From NCBI GenBank assembly GCA_963703955.1, contig CAVPGK010000013.1:156015-220014 (forward strand): a stretch of 64,000 nt of DNA, given 5' to 3'. The notes beneath the pieces are model-generated. The model did no database searches. It saw only the letters and a list, made by a program, of their open reading frames with translations, and was not told the DNA's origin. The first letter of the stretch is position 1. Every line of letters begins with the position of its first letter. This DNA comes from Nitrospirota bacterium (GTDB lineage Bacteria > Nitrospirota > Nitrospiria > Nitrospirales > Nitrospiraceae). The position numbers and the translations under genes are program-made. Shown piece after piece: positions 42,481 through 53,451 of the stretch.

Positions 42481-43097
42481 AGGTATGCGACCCTCAACCT
42501 AGCCCTGACTAGCATACGCCAGGACCTAGTCAAAAATCTTCAGCTGTAGGTCGTCCATGATTGCTTTGATTCGCTGAATCCATGACTCAGGATCAGGTCG
42601 GCGACGGGGGACCGTACGCGCCCTCGTCGCATTCGATGACATCCCGGCGCGTACTGTAGCCACCATTGATCAGGACCGCTCTGATGCAAGCGAATGGCGC
42701 TTTTCGGTCCGGTGCCAATGCTTCAGCCAAAGGCCGCAGCCCCTATAGTCTGTTCTTCACCGCTGCACACCTCCCGCAGTTTAAGCTGGCGGACCATGGG
42801 TCTGATCGTGCGAGGGTTACGGAAGTGAAGGTAGACACCAGACCACGGCAACTCGGCTTGCCATTCACCAGGCTCGCCTTCCCGTCAAACCGGAGCGCGC
42901 TTTGCTCCTTGCGGCTCTGAAGATGCGCGGTCGAATGTGATGGATGATAGTTGGCCTGCAGCGTTGAGGGGTTGGAGGCTTCTAGGGCAATGTTTATGCC
43001 TAAACATCGATGTGAGTAGATAAAATATACACAAAAGTAGGTATGTAAGTGGTTGTAGAATAAGGGAGTGTTATCTGGCTCCTGAGTACAACATTGT

Positions 43098-43922
43098 CTA
43101 CCTTTCTCGTCGTAATAAGTGAGCTTTGTGCCAGTCGAGGAGGCGTTTGACTAGACCGGCTTCTAGAGATTTGGGGCAATAGACGGGAAGCCCAAGCTCC
43201 TTTCTTATCTTCTTGGCTAGCGCCTTATATCCATGTGGGTACAGTTGGTCTTGGAAGATCAAGCAGAAGCCTCCTGCTCGTATGATCTGCCAAATGTAAT
43301 GCTTGGGTGCATACCTCAAGATGAATAGAGGGCGGAGATCGAGATGCCTGCAGATACCCAGCTTGCTTGTGAGTTCCTCGTGTGGAATGTAATCAGAGAT
43401 TTTTGATCTCAGCGCCATAAGGGATGTTATCACGTATGTAAATTCGATCGAGATTCTCTCCTGTTTCTATCCATCTGCGACCGCCGTACTCGCGAGCGTT
43501 CTTGTCTAGAGGGATGAATCCTCCGGTAGCCAGCCCCGCATCAAACATCATTTCGGCGTGCATGCCCAAGGCTTCAACGAAGTCGCTATCAGAATACTTG
43601 AGCACGAGACCATGTACCTTCGATGCCTTCCTCTTCCAGTACCGGATTGCGGGCGACCAGTCGTAGCGGATATTTATTGGCCCCTTTAGGGGGAGAAGTT
43701 CTGTTTGGATTGGTCTTCCGCAACCAATTCGCGCAGGGCATCAACAGTGATCCAGTGGAAGAACTGCTTCTCGAAAATGACTTGGAGTTGCCGTTCGTAA
43801 AAGACCTCCTTGGAGCGGTCCGAGAAAAACGATCGGAGTTCTTCTTTTGCTTCATCAATCTTCGTATCACGAGGTAGCTCTTCTGGGTCAGGCTCGTAGT
43901 CGTAGTCACCGTCGAAGTCCAT
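43098..43922 (-). CDS. Hypothetical protein with a PD-(D/E)XK-like motif, split by frameshifts
   Basis: Collinear ORF pieces 43686-43958, 43393-43605 and 43098-43433; LDRIY...YGAEIKN. Confidence 0.55.
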
Positions 43923-44238
43923 CCAGGTAAGGGTATTTACCAGAGAAGCGATTTGCAACAGGGGCTCTGCTCTCGATCTACGCAGGGCTATGGCTCTGCT
44001 TAACCGGAATTTGGGCCAGACCTTGCTCCCCAGGCCCGCACCTCAATGCGGTTGGGGACATGGCATCCAGTGTGTATGTGGGGTATTTGCTTGGGGCCGG
44101 TCATTCGGCGTTGGCCTTTGGCATCGCTGCCGGAGTGGGAGTGCTTGGAGCGATCTGGTTGTTTCATGGCACAACGAATGAAGGCGGGTCTCGTGACCTG
44201 ACCCATGCTCATCTTACCCCTTCAAGCCTGGAGGAGAT

Positions 44239-44640
44239 TGGACTGAACCCCTAGATTGAGACACGGCGAATTGGCACACTTGACACCAGGAGGTGGCAGG
44301 TGGGCAAGAAGCGCGTGGGCAAGTTTCCGAAAGACTTTCGGCAAATAGCCGTGGACCGGCTGAATCAGGTGCGAGAACATCGTGGCTCTCGCGAAGGAAC
44401 TCGGCATCAGTCGGCGGCTGTTGTATACGTGGCGCGAAAAGCTTGAGCCGCTGTCCAGCGGCGAAGGCTCGGCTGGGACTTCGCGAGAGGCCAGGCTCCG
44501 GAACGAGGTCGGCCGACTCAAGCGAGTCTTAGCCGCTGCCGACTCCACTCGGCACTCGGCTACCGCCCGCCGGAGGAGTTCGAGCAGGCGGTGGCCTCAA
44601 GCCACCCACTTATCGGCCACAGTCTTGACGGCCGTGACAA
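44239..44640 (+). mobile_element. IS3-family remnant with a large internal deletion
   Basis: Left end TGGACTGAACCCCTAGATTGAGACA; OrfA HTH (LAKELGISRRLLYTW) joined to the OrfB tail HSALGYRPPEEFE; no DDE core or right end found. Confidence 0.8.
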
Positions 44641-44990
44641 TTCGGTCGGTCCGATCGTCATTGATGGTGGCACTGTGCCCACCGTGTGACACGACAGCTT
44701 TGCGTCTGCTGCCCCAACTTGAGCATGGGTTTGAGTCATGCCATCGGAGAACCCGCTAAAGATGGAAGCAATAAAGGAACGTTACTCAAACGTCACCGAA
44801 GTATCAGACTGAGGAACGCTCGGTTTTCATCACAGAGCATGCAGGATGGTCCGCGAGAGAGGAGTTCTTCTACTCCTCCGATGACGGCGATCTCCTGGCG
44901 ATGCGCTACGACAACTAGAAGTTCGCCTTCGCCCAGTAGCGTTCCCACTCTTTGCTCCTTGTAGTTGTTCAGAGTGGGAGGCTATTATAT

Positions 44991-46644
44991 ATGTCCTCGT
45001 TACTTCTTATGAGTCCGGGCCGCCATTTAGGAGCACACCCCTTGCTCCAGAAAGCCCATCAATACAATCCCACTCTTTGGGAACGGATAGCCCTTAAGAT
45101 GACCGCGAGTCTCTGCCTGGAAGAGGTTCTCACTGTCATCACGCAGGGACTGATCGACGAGTTTGGAGCGGCCTTCGCCCGGATCTGGCTGATGGGTCCC
45201 GGTGATCTCTGCGAGGACTGCTTTAAAGCGAACCTCTGTTCGAACCGCTCACGCTGTCTCCACCTCAGAGCGAGTTCCGGGCTCTCCACGCTTCTCAATG
45301 GGGAACATCGCAGGATTCCGATCGGGGCGCTGAAGATCGGACAGATCGCACAGAGCGGCAGGGCCGCCTGTACGAACGATGCTCTGAACGACGACCGGAT
45401 CCCTAACAAGCTCTGGCTCCGCGAGAATGGCTTGTGCTCGTTTGCTGGTTATCCGTTGATTTTCAAAGATGAACTGCTGGGGGTGCTGGCCATGTTCAGC
45501 CGCCAGATCATCTCCGAGGACGAAGTCGACCGTCTCGGAACCCTCGCCCTCCAGGCTGCAATTGCCGTGAAGAATGCCCAGTTACACGAGGAAGTCGAGC
45601 GGATGAAGGCCAGGCTGAATGCAGAAAATGTGTATCTGCAGCAGGAGCTTGAGTCGGACCATGACTGGAGCGAGATCGTCGGGCGGAACCAGGGCATGAA
45701 GAAGGTACTGGAGCTGGTCCTCCAGGTAGCTCCTACGAACGCCTGTGCCCTGATTCAGGGCGAGACGGGCACTGGGAAGGAGTTAATCGCCCGTGCCATT
45801 CACAGACGGAGCGATCGGAAGGATGGAGCCTTTGTGAAGCTGAATTGTGCCGCAATCCCAACCGGCTTGTTGGAGAGCGAACTGTTCGGCCATGAGAAGG
45901 GAGCCTTCACTGGGGCGATTGCCCAGAAAGCGGGACGTTTTGAGTTGGCGCACCACGGCACCATCTTCCTTGACGAGGTGGGCGATATCCCGCTCGAGCT
46001 GCAGTCGAAGCTGCTGCGTGTCTTACAGGAGCAGGAGTTCGAACGCTTGGGCAGCACGCGCACCATCCGCGTCGATGCCCGGCTGGTCGCGGCGACGAAC
46101 CGGAACTTGGAGCAGATGGTCGCTGACGGAGAGTTTCGCCGTGACCTCTTACTATCGCCTCAAGGTATTTCCGATTGTGCTCCCTCCACTGCGGGAACGG
46201 CCTGAAGACATCCCGATGTTAGTCCGGTATTTCACGCAACGGTATGCCCAACAGATGAAGAAGCCCATCACCCAGATCTCGTCGGAAACAATCGATGCGA
46301 TTTGCCGGTATGCCTGGCCTGGGAACGTGCGAGAGTTGGAAAATTTCGTCGAGCGCTGCGTCATCCTTACTCGGGACCAGACTCTGAATGTGCCGGTTTG
46401 GGAATTGACGCCCCTTGGCAGCCCGTCACACACTATGACGACGCTCGAGGAGGCGAAACGGGAACACATTCCGTTACGCACCATGACGACGCTCGAGGAG
46501 GCGAAACGGGAACACATTCTCCGAGCGCTACAGGAGAGCAACTGGGTGATTGGCGGCACCTCTGGTGCAGCTGCCAAACTCGGTATGAAACGAACCACTC
46601 TGCAGCACAAGTTGCAGAAACTGGGGATCTCCCGACCACGGTAA
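44991..46644 (+). CDS. Sigma54 activator (GAF, AAA+, HTH), frameshift near 46150
   Basis: [33 protein letters not shown] domain with a Cys cluster. Confidence 0.92.
46423..46518 (+). repeat. In-frame 48-bp tandem duplication
   Basis: Units 46423-46470 and 46471-46518 differ at 3 positions; encodes [13 protein letters not shown] twice. Confidence 0.9.
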
Positions 46645-46854
46645 TGCCAGTCTTCCGGGATCGTGCTGGCAGTTTGACCGATTGAACACGCGCAAAAAAC
46701 ACGCGCCAGTTTTGGGCGGTCTGCCCGCAATCGCCCTGGAGCCTGAGTTCCGCTTGACCGAGATCACGCAGCTAGAGAAGTGAGCCGGTAGCCAAGAAGC
46801 GAGCATGTTCCGGGCGATACAATACAGAGTGATCGCGACCTGTCGTTCTCTCAC

Positions 46855-46995
46855 TTCACGACCGACCGGGCTTCGGACGCGATCTTCTGGATCGACTCGC
46901 ACGCTCACTGCCACCGCGTCAACGAAGCGGCCTGCCGCCTGCTGGGGTATGCGTCCGAGGAGCTTCAATCCATGACGGTCCACGACTTCAACCTA
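46855..46995 (+). pseudogene. PAS-domain fragment
   Basis: Hand translation DAIFWID...VNEAACRLLGY.SEELQSMTVHDF. Confidence 0.65.
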
Positions 46996-47221
46996 TGGTG
47001 CATTACTATTGGTGGGTGGCGGGGACGACATCTTGTTTACCGAATCTGTCGGCCGAAGGATCTTTCAGCGCCTTTGCAGTTCCGGGGCACGAGTCCAGCG
47101 CAACGTCTACCCCGGTCTCGGGCATGATCCGCTTGTCTATGAGTCCTTAAGAGATCAGCTGGACTGGATCGCAGCCCGGTTTGCCGGAGAACCGGCGCCA
47201 AGCAATTGTTCCTCGCAATGA
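46994..47221 (+). pseudogene. Secretory lipase-like C-terminal fragment
   Basis: GGGDD...YPGLGH...WIAARFAGEPAPSNC. Confidence 0.6.
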
Positions 47222-47295
47222 CCCTTGGCCTTCGGAAATGGTGTCTGACCCCAGGAACTCGGCCTGACCCCTGCTGAGGATTTGTCCAAATGATT

Positions 47296-47359
47296 GACGA
47301 GGCGGAATTTCAGCGGCGCGTGTAGGAGTCGACCGTGAACAGAAGGCAACGGAGGCGAG
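47296..47359. repeat. ~63-bp direct repeat, copy 1
   Basis: GACGAGGCGGAATTTCAG...CGACCGTGA.CAGAAGG.AA.GGAGG.GAG; matches 49571-49632. Confidence 0.8.
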
Positions 47360-47444
47360 GACATAAAGCAGCATAAGTGGATTTGATCCCGTCACGAATG
47401 CAGGTGTTGAAACAAGGCGAATTGACCGGGGGAAGCACAGACGC

Positions 47445-48294
47445 ATGAGCCGAAAACTCGAGCTCGTCCGCGAGGAGAAGCTGTTCCGCCTGCTCCCGGG
47501 CAGGAACGGAAAGCAGCCGGCTGGAGGCCAGCGGGGTCGCGCTGGTCGACGACACGACGGCGCTGGTGGTATTCGACAACCTCAATCAGGTCGCGCGCAT
47601 CGATCTCTCCCTCAAGGGCCGGGCCAGCAATCGGCTTTTGCCCGCGCCGAGCCTGGGAGTGGGTTTCGAGGACATTGCCGTCGACTACAGGCATGGCCAC
47701 GTGTTCTGCCTGATCGAGACGGTGGAGGACTCCGACGGGGTCCTTCGCGGCTTCGTCGCCGAGTACGACCGCACCGGCCATTTCGTCCGCTGCACCCGAC
47801 TGCACACCCGGTTCGAGGAGGCGAACAAAGGCTTTGAAGGTCTCGCCCACGCGTGGCGCGGAGGCCGCGAGTACCTGTACGCCCTTGGCGAGGACAACCT
47901 CGGCACGGCCACCACGCGCGGGGGCGGTCGTGTCGACGTGTTCATTCGCGCACGGGACGGGGGTTGGAAGGCTTCGCACCGGATCCGCTTGCCGAAGCGG
48001 GCGGCGTTTGAGGACTATGCCGCGCTCGCCTATCGCGACGGACAGCTTGCCGTCGTCTCGCAGGCGTCGGCGCGCCTGTGGGTGGCCCGGATTGATGTGA
48101 AAGCGCGTGCCGTGGTGCCGGGATCGGACACCATCTATCGCTTCCCGAGCAAGAGCTACGGAAATGTCGAGGGAATCGCCTGGCTGTCCCAGGACACGTT
48201 GGTCGCAGTCTCCGACCGGAAAAAGAAGCGGCAGCCCGACCGCTGCGCCGAGAAGGATCAGAGCATCCACCTGTTCCGGATCCCGGCGCGCTGA
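47445..48294 (+). CDS. Hypothetical beta-propeller-like protein, frameshift near 47515
   Basis: Repeated EASG/FEDI/FEGL/VEGI blade-like motifs; high GC. Confidence 0.65.
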
Positions 48295-48408
48295 GGCCCG
48301 GACGCTGTAGCAACAGTCACTATCTATACCTTGAGGCGAACTTTGGCGTTTCATTTTCCAGGCGTCCACAGGCACAGTGACGCGGTAGGAAATGAGGTGA
48401 GTTCGTTC

Positions 48409-48832
48409 GGCAAAGACAAGGAGCCCCTCGCGCTGAAGCTCGGGGCCAGTCCGATACCTCGATGCCGATGCGGGAAACGTCGCGAAGGACCTGATGAGCC
48501 TGGGCGGCGCGGCCGTCATCCTCGCCACGGCGCCGAACAGCAAGGCCATGTCGGATCTGATCGATGGGCTCGGGGTGGGCGGTAAATTGCTGGTGGTGGG
48601 CGCGTCGGCAGAACCAATCAGCGTCACCCCCATTCAACTCATTGGGAACCGCCGGTCGATTCAAGGCTGGCCCTCAGGGAGCGCCCGAGACTCTGAAGAG
48701 ACGCTCGACTTTTGCGCCCTCACGGGCATTCGTCCCATGGTCGAGAGCTTCCCGCTCGAACAAGCCGCGGCCGGATACGACCGCATGTTGAGCGGTAAGG
48801 CGCGGTTCCGCGTGGTGCTCACAATGAACTAA
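48409..48832 (+). pseudogene. Zn-dependent alcohol dehydrogenase C-terminal fragment
   Basis: GWPSGS..DSEETL.F....GIRPMVE.FPLE.A...Y.RM.SGKARFRVVL; N-terminus absent. Confidence 0.8.
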
Positions 48833-48854
48833 ACCGAAGAGAGGAGTACCCAAC

Positions 48855-49409
48855 ATGCATGAGTTCATCAAAGTGTGGTGTCAAATTTCCGTTTGGGTGT
48901 GTACACGGGCCCTACTTGCAGCCGGGCTTGCCTTCTCTATGCTGTACAGCGCGTCGGCTCAAGATCTCACGGTTTCTGAGGAAACCTTTGGGTGCATCCT
49001 CGACTGGCCAAAGGTCAGAAATACGCGCTTCAAACACTCTGATCCGGAGAAGTTGAAAGAGGCGATGCGGATCTTCCGAGAAAGTGTGCCGGACAAGGAG
49101 TATCCCGTTGGCACCATCCTACAGCTTGTTCCGTTTGAAGCCATGGTGAAGCATCCGCGTGAGAAGTTTCCCAAAACGAATGGCTGGGAGTTTTTCTTTC
49201 TGGACGTCTCCAAAGAAGGGACCAAGATCAAGGATCGAGGAGAGAGTGTCGTCAATCTTTCGCAAGGGGTCACGTGTTTAAGTTGTCATCAGCCAGCGGC
49301 GAAGTTTGACTTCGTCTGTGAAAAGGGGCACGGTTGTGCTCCTATCCCGTTCGATGATCAGAAGATCGCAGAGATCCAGAAGGCAGACCTTCGCTGTACG
49401 AAAAAATAG
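48855..49409 (+). CDS. Exported c-type cytochrome with P460/c'-beta-like features
   Basis: Signal peptide; YPVGT...MVK...GWEF; late CLSCH. Confidence 0.6.
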   Translation: MHEFIKVWCQISVWVCTRALLAAGLAFSMLYSASAQDLTVSEETFGCILDWPKVRNTRFKHSDPEKLKEAMRIFRESVPDKEYPVGTILQLVPFEAMVKHPREKFPKTNGWEFFFLDVSKEGTKIKDRGESVVNLSQGVTCLSCHQPAAKFDFVCEKGHGCAPIPFDDQKIAEIQKADLRCTKK

Positions 49410-49570
49410 GGGTAGCGTATGAGCTGAAGTCGACCATTCAAAATCAGTTATTTACGACTCATCCAAAACTTAAAATCCCGCGCGTCGTGATAAGAAGGTG
49501 GGAGCATGAAAACCGACCCAAAATGGCCCCGAAAGCGGCCGTATTCAGAAACAACGCTCTATGTGTAATA

Positions 49571-49632
49571 GACGAGGCGGAATTTCAGGCACGTGTACAT
49601 GGCGACCGTGAGCAGAAGGTAATGGAGGTGAG
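49571..49632. repeat. ~63-bp direct repeat, copy 2
   Basis: Matches 47296-47359. Confidence 0.8.
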
Positions 49633-49649
49633 TCGAAGCCACCAAGTTG

Positions 49650-50612
49650 TTAGACCGCACTCTTCGGATCGTCGCTCCGTTCCAGGGAAGCGCGATCCCA
49701 CTTGGCCAAATTCGCGGCGGCCTCATAGGTCGTCTGCAAAAAGTCGAGCAGCGTGTCGTCTGGGGACTCCGACTGCCGGACCACATCGTAGGCCAGAATG
49801 AACTCGCGAAGATCGGGACTGTAGAAGGCGGCGTCAGGTTTGATGGGTGCCTTCGAGAACCCAACCGGCTCCGGATAGGCATAGGAATAGAACGCGGGAT
49901 AGGGAATCGGGCCCCCACCGGGCCAGAACCCGCAGCTACTGACTTCGTGCGAATACGCTTCTCGGGTCACCCAGTCTGGCAGATTGGGGACCCCGCCGGG
50001 ATGCTCCGGGGCTCGCCGCCCTGAGAACCGCGTGACCGCGAGATCGGGAGCGCCCCAGAAGAAGTGCACGGGGCTGCACTTGCCGATGAACCGAGCCCGA
50101 AACTCTTTGAAGACCCGGTCGGCCTGCACCAAGATTCGCCAGAACCGATTCGCATATTCCCGATCGTACGCGGCATGGAACTCGTCTTGATCGAAGGGGA
50201 TGGGGTCAGCAACTTCGTTGGGCTTCTTGTGGATATCCACATGCAAACCCAGCGTTCCCATCTCTTCCGTGAGGCGTCTGTAGAACGCCGCGACGGATTG
50301 GGGCTGGAGCGGGAAACTTCCCAGGCTCCCGTCGCTCGACTGGATGGTCAGCTGATGAGCGATGAAATCGAAGTCGATCTGGAATGTCCTGTTTCCGTAC
50401 GGGATGGTCGAGGTCGTGAGCCCACGGACCGTGACAAACAGCGTGACATGCCAGGAATGATTCACCCAGGGACATTGGGCGAGCCGAACCTTGCCGACGA
50501 TCTGCATCCACATGTGCAAAGTCGCGCACGTCTCGCTCCAAGCCTCGAGGGGTAGGCTCGGCCATGCCTCCAAACGTGATCCGGCGGGGACGATCATCAC
50601 TTTTCCTGTCAC
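49650..50612 (-). CDS. DUF5996-family protein
   Basis: TLHMWMQIVGK, NHSWH, SPVHFFWG..DLAVTRFSGR, EAYSHEVSSCGFWPG. Confidence 0.88.
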   Translation of the reverse strand: MTGKVMIVPAGSRLEAWPSLPLEAWSETCATLHMWMQIVGKVRLAQCPWVNHSWHVTLFVTVRGLTTSTIPYGNRTFQIDFDFIAHQLTIQSSDGSLGSFPLQPQSVAAFYRRLTEEMGTLGLHVDIHKKPNEVADPIPFDQDEFHAAYDREYANRFWRILVQADRVFKEFRARFIGKCSPVHFFWGAPDLAVTRFSGRRAPEHPGGVPNLPDWVTREAYSHEVSSCGFWPGGGPIPYPAFYSYAYPEPVGFSKAPIKPDAAFYSPDLREFILAYDVVRQSESPDDTLLDFLQTTYEAAANLAKWDRASLERSDDPKSAV

Positions 50613-51562
50613 ATGGCTCTCGTCGCGGCCAACGACTGCCGCACGCCCTCGGCGTAGGGTGTTTTGGTCACGACTCCAAGAAGCTGTTCGAGCGCGGAAT
50701 CGTCAACGATAAGAGGATCGGTCAATAGGTAATGCATTTCAACGAACTCCCGAAGAAACGGGTCGAACAGACCCAGAAAACGCAGCATCGTCTTCCCAGC
50801 CGCCGTATAGCGAGGATGCCCTCCATAGGACAGCCGCGCAAGCTCAAGCTGAGTCGTGACGCCGGCACCCCCGAGGTTCCACGCCCGCCCAAACGCCGCC
50901 GGAGTGTCCAGGAGCTTGGCCACGACCGGACCAACGTCAGGCACGAACACGAACTCGTGAGGCCGATCGATCGGTCCGATGAGCTTGGCTTTCCGGTTCT
51001 CCTTTGCGGCGACGAAGAGGTCACTGAGCAAGCTGCGCTCGACACCCGGCCCATAGAAATCAGGAAGACGCAAGACCGTGGTTCGAATCTTGCCGGTGTC
51101 GTGCGCAGCCAGAACCATATCCTCCTGCTCCTTGCGCTTTCTGCCCTTGAAGGTATGAGGCTCCTTCGGATGATCCGCTGTTACGCGCGTGCTCTGAGGC
51201 CGACCGAAGACATACAGCGTCCCGATGAGGAGCAAGCGGTCGACCTTTTCGGCTATTGCTGCATCGAGAACGCGACGCATCAGAATGGGGTGAAGGTGAA
51301 AATCCGTGTATGGCACGCCAACCAGATAGACGACAGCGGCGATGCCTCTCAAAGCGCTCCTAATGGACCCCTCGTCGTCAGGATCCCAGGCCACGACCTC
51401 TGCCAGCGCGTCGTCACCGAACGTCTTTTCCAAGGCCGCCTGCGACCTACCGATTGCTCGGTAGGGTCGGCCTTGCTGGCGCAGTGCGGCTGCAACACTG
51501 TGACCGACCGCCCCCGTCGCGCCAACGAGAGCGACTATCTCTCTTGGTTTCTGTGCCATCAT
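50609..51562 (-). CDS. NAD-dependent epimerase/dehydratase (extended SDR)
   Basis: VGATGAVG, RLPDFYGP, FVPD. Confidence 0.85.
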   Translation of the reverse strand: MMAQKPREIVALVGATGAVGHSVAAALRQQGRPYRAIGRSQAALEKTFGDDALAEVVAWDPDDEGSIRSALRGIAAVVYLVGVPYTDFHLHPILMRRVLDAAIAEKVDRLLLIGTLYVFGRPQSTRVTADHPKEPHTFKGRKRKEQEDMVLAAHDTGKIRTTVLRLPDFYGPGVERSLLSDLFVAAKENRKAKLIGPIDRPHEFVFVPDVGPVVAKLLDTPAAFGRAWNLGGAGVTTQLELARLSYGGHPRYTAAGKTMLRFLGLFDPFLREFVEMHYLLTDPLIVDDSALEQLLGVVTKTPYAEGVRQSLAATRAM

Positions 51563-52644
51563 GGCCTCTCCTCAATTCTCCTCTCTATTACTTTAGGCCG
51601 AAGCTCAGCTGCGGCTTTCACCAGCCACCTGAAGTGCCTTCTGAGGGGAGGCACGAGTGATTTCGAGCCAACCCGCGGGATGCTCCGGTAATGAACCAAA
51701 CAAGTGACCTCATAATGACCTCCGTAGAGTGGATCATTGATATTCATGTCAGCGGCGTTTTGCCGACGCTGGGAGCGCACGAATACCCAATCAATTGGTA
51801 TGCGGATGTTGCAGATGATTTTTGAAGCGGATTCGGTCATCGCGTTGTGACTGATAGTGTGTCAGCATCCTCAGCGCAGTTCAACCTTTCTCGAACCCAA
51901 TCCGGAGCCGTCGATTTTTCACGCGCTTTTAAGTAACCTTCTGACTGGGATCAAAAACAAACCATTTTGGACTTGGTATGACCAAGTACAACAGAGAAGC
52001 GACTACCGTGCGACCTTTGCAACCCCAGAGAAGGGTTGACCCTAGTCTGTTGGATACTAGCCCCGCTGATTGGCTATCAGCTGACGTGAAAAAAGAAGTG
52101 AGAATCCGTGCTCCCGAAGCGATTCAATCGCGCCGCAGCAACGCTCTGACTCTCGCGATAAGCTCACGATACCCAAAGTTGTACAGCACCAGATCGAAGT
52201 CCCGTTCAAGATCCTCGAGATATTCGTCTTACCGACAGACCTGCCCGGGGGGGTGGAGCGCAATCAACCGTACTTTCCGAAGGTTGGGGTCTCGACGCAA
52301 TTGGTCAATCTCCTTCTCCCGTCGGTCCACCAAGACCAGCGACGGGACGGCGCACCGCCATGAATTTGGTCTGCGACTATCAGGTGAATCCGCCAGATTA
52401 GATCAATGACTGCATATTGCCTTGTAAAGGGAGATTGCTTAACATGACTCTAGGCGCAGCGAACACGTTGTATGCCTCAAGCCGGCACAAGAATCTGCGT
52501 GAAGAAATGAACCGCGATGAATCAGAACCACGTCGTACGATCATCATCAAGATCGAGGGCTTGACAGGATAGACTTACGTTCGCGCTTTGGATTCATTTT
52601 GAAAAATTTCCTTTATTATATTTCTTGCTAGTCGTAACAGCATT

Positions 52645-53451
52645 ATGGCGGCACTAGATTTTGATCATGAGCTTTCTCACGGGGTAAGAGCCTACAATGG
52701 CAAAGTCGGACAGTGGTGGTCCCAAAAGACAAGCGACGCTGCACATTTGTCTGCTTACTCATGTATAGCCGATCATGTGATGGCTTATACAAGAACAAAG
52801 AAGGGTCTTATCATCGATTATGCGTGCGGTAACGGCATTTTAATCGACCTGCTAAGAGACAGGCTTGGTGGTCATTCCTTTCTCGGTATTGACGGTGCTA
52901 AGTCAATGTTGCCTGGAGCGGACTCCATTACTCATGTATGGCCTCAAAAGGCGACAGTGTCCATACAGTTCTTGATTGCTAATCTGCCAAATTGGTCACT
53001 GCCAGCCGGCGAAGCCGACGTTGTTGTTTTCTCCTTTCCCAACATCATTACTGGATCCAGAGAACAAGTACGGTTCGAACGTAAGTTTATTCAAGAGATG
53101 GAAATCGCTCGCTCACTTTGCCGAGGAGAGCACCATAAGGAAAATGCTGTTGAAGCATGCTATGATGGCGTGTTCATGAATCGAGTCATTTCTACGAATT
53201 TGCGCCATCTCTTGAAGAAGGGAGGCTTTTGTGTACGAGCAGATTATACACAAGCCGATAGGAGTGAGTTAACCGAACATGATCAGTTACTGACAGCCTA
53301 TGAGGAAGGTTCCCTTGGTAGACCTAAACTCTTTAGGCTGGTTTCTTCCAAGTACTTTCAGTCTCAGGTGATCCTAGATGTCTATGAGCAGACGAAAGAT
53401 AAGGATTTCAAGGAAGGTGGGTACTCGATAAATGTCCTCAGAGCACTATGA
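52645..53451 (+). CDS. Class I SAM-dependent methyltransferase
   Basis: IIDYACGNG...GIDG; visibly AT-richer than flanks. Confidence 0.75.
   Translation: MAALDFDHELSHGVRAYNGKVGQWWSQKTSDAAHLSAYSCIADHVMAYTRTKKGLIIDYACGNGILIDLLRDRLGGHSFLGIDGAKSMLPGADSITHVWPQKATVSIQFLIANLPNWSLPAGEADVVVFSFPNIITGSREQVRFERKFIQEMEIARSLCRGEHHKENAVEACYDGVFMNRVISTNLRHLLKKGGFCVRADYTQADRSELTEHDQLLTAYEEGSLGRPKLFRLVSSKYFQSQVILDVYEQTKDKDFKEGGYSINVLRAL

Noticed and set aside
32274..43078. Shared 13-mer GAGTGTTATCTGG at ~32274 and ~43066
   Set aside because: Too short, and the flanks do not align
39900..46644. Programmed frameshifting in the sigma54 activators
   Set aside because: No slippery motif or stimulatory structure was evident, and frameshifts are scattered across unrelated genes
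47392..48633. 413-aa minus-strand ORF
   Set aside because: Antisense to GC-rich plus-strand coding sequence
52110..52330. Response-regulator-like tail (FGYRELIARVRALLRR) on the minus strand
   Set aside because: Short, interrupted by stops, and no receiver core is recognisable
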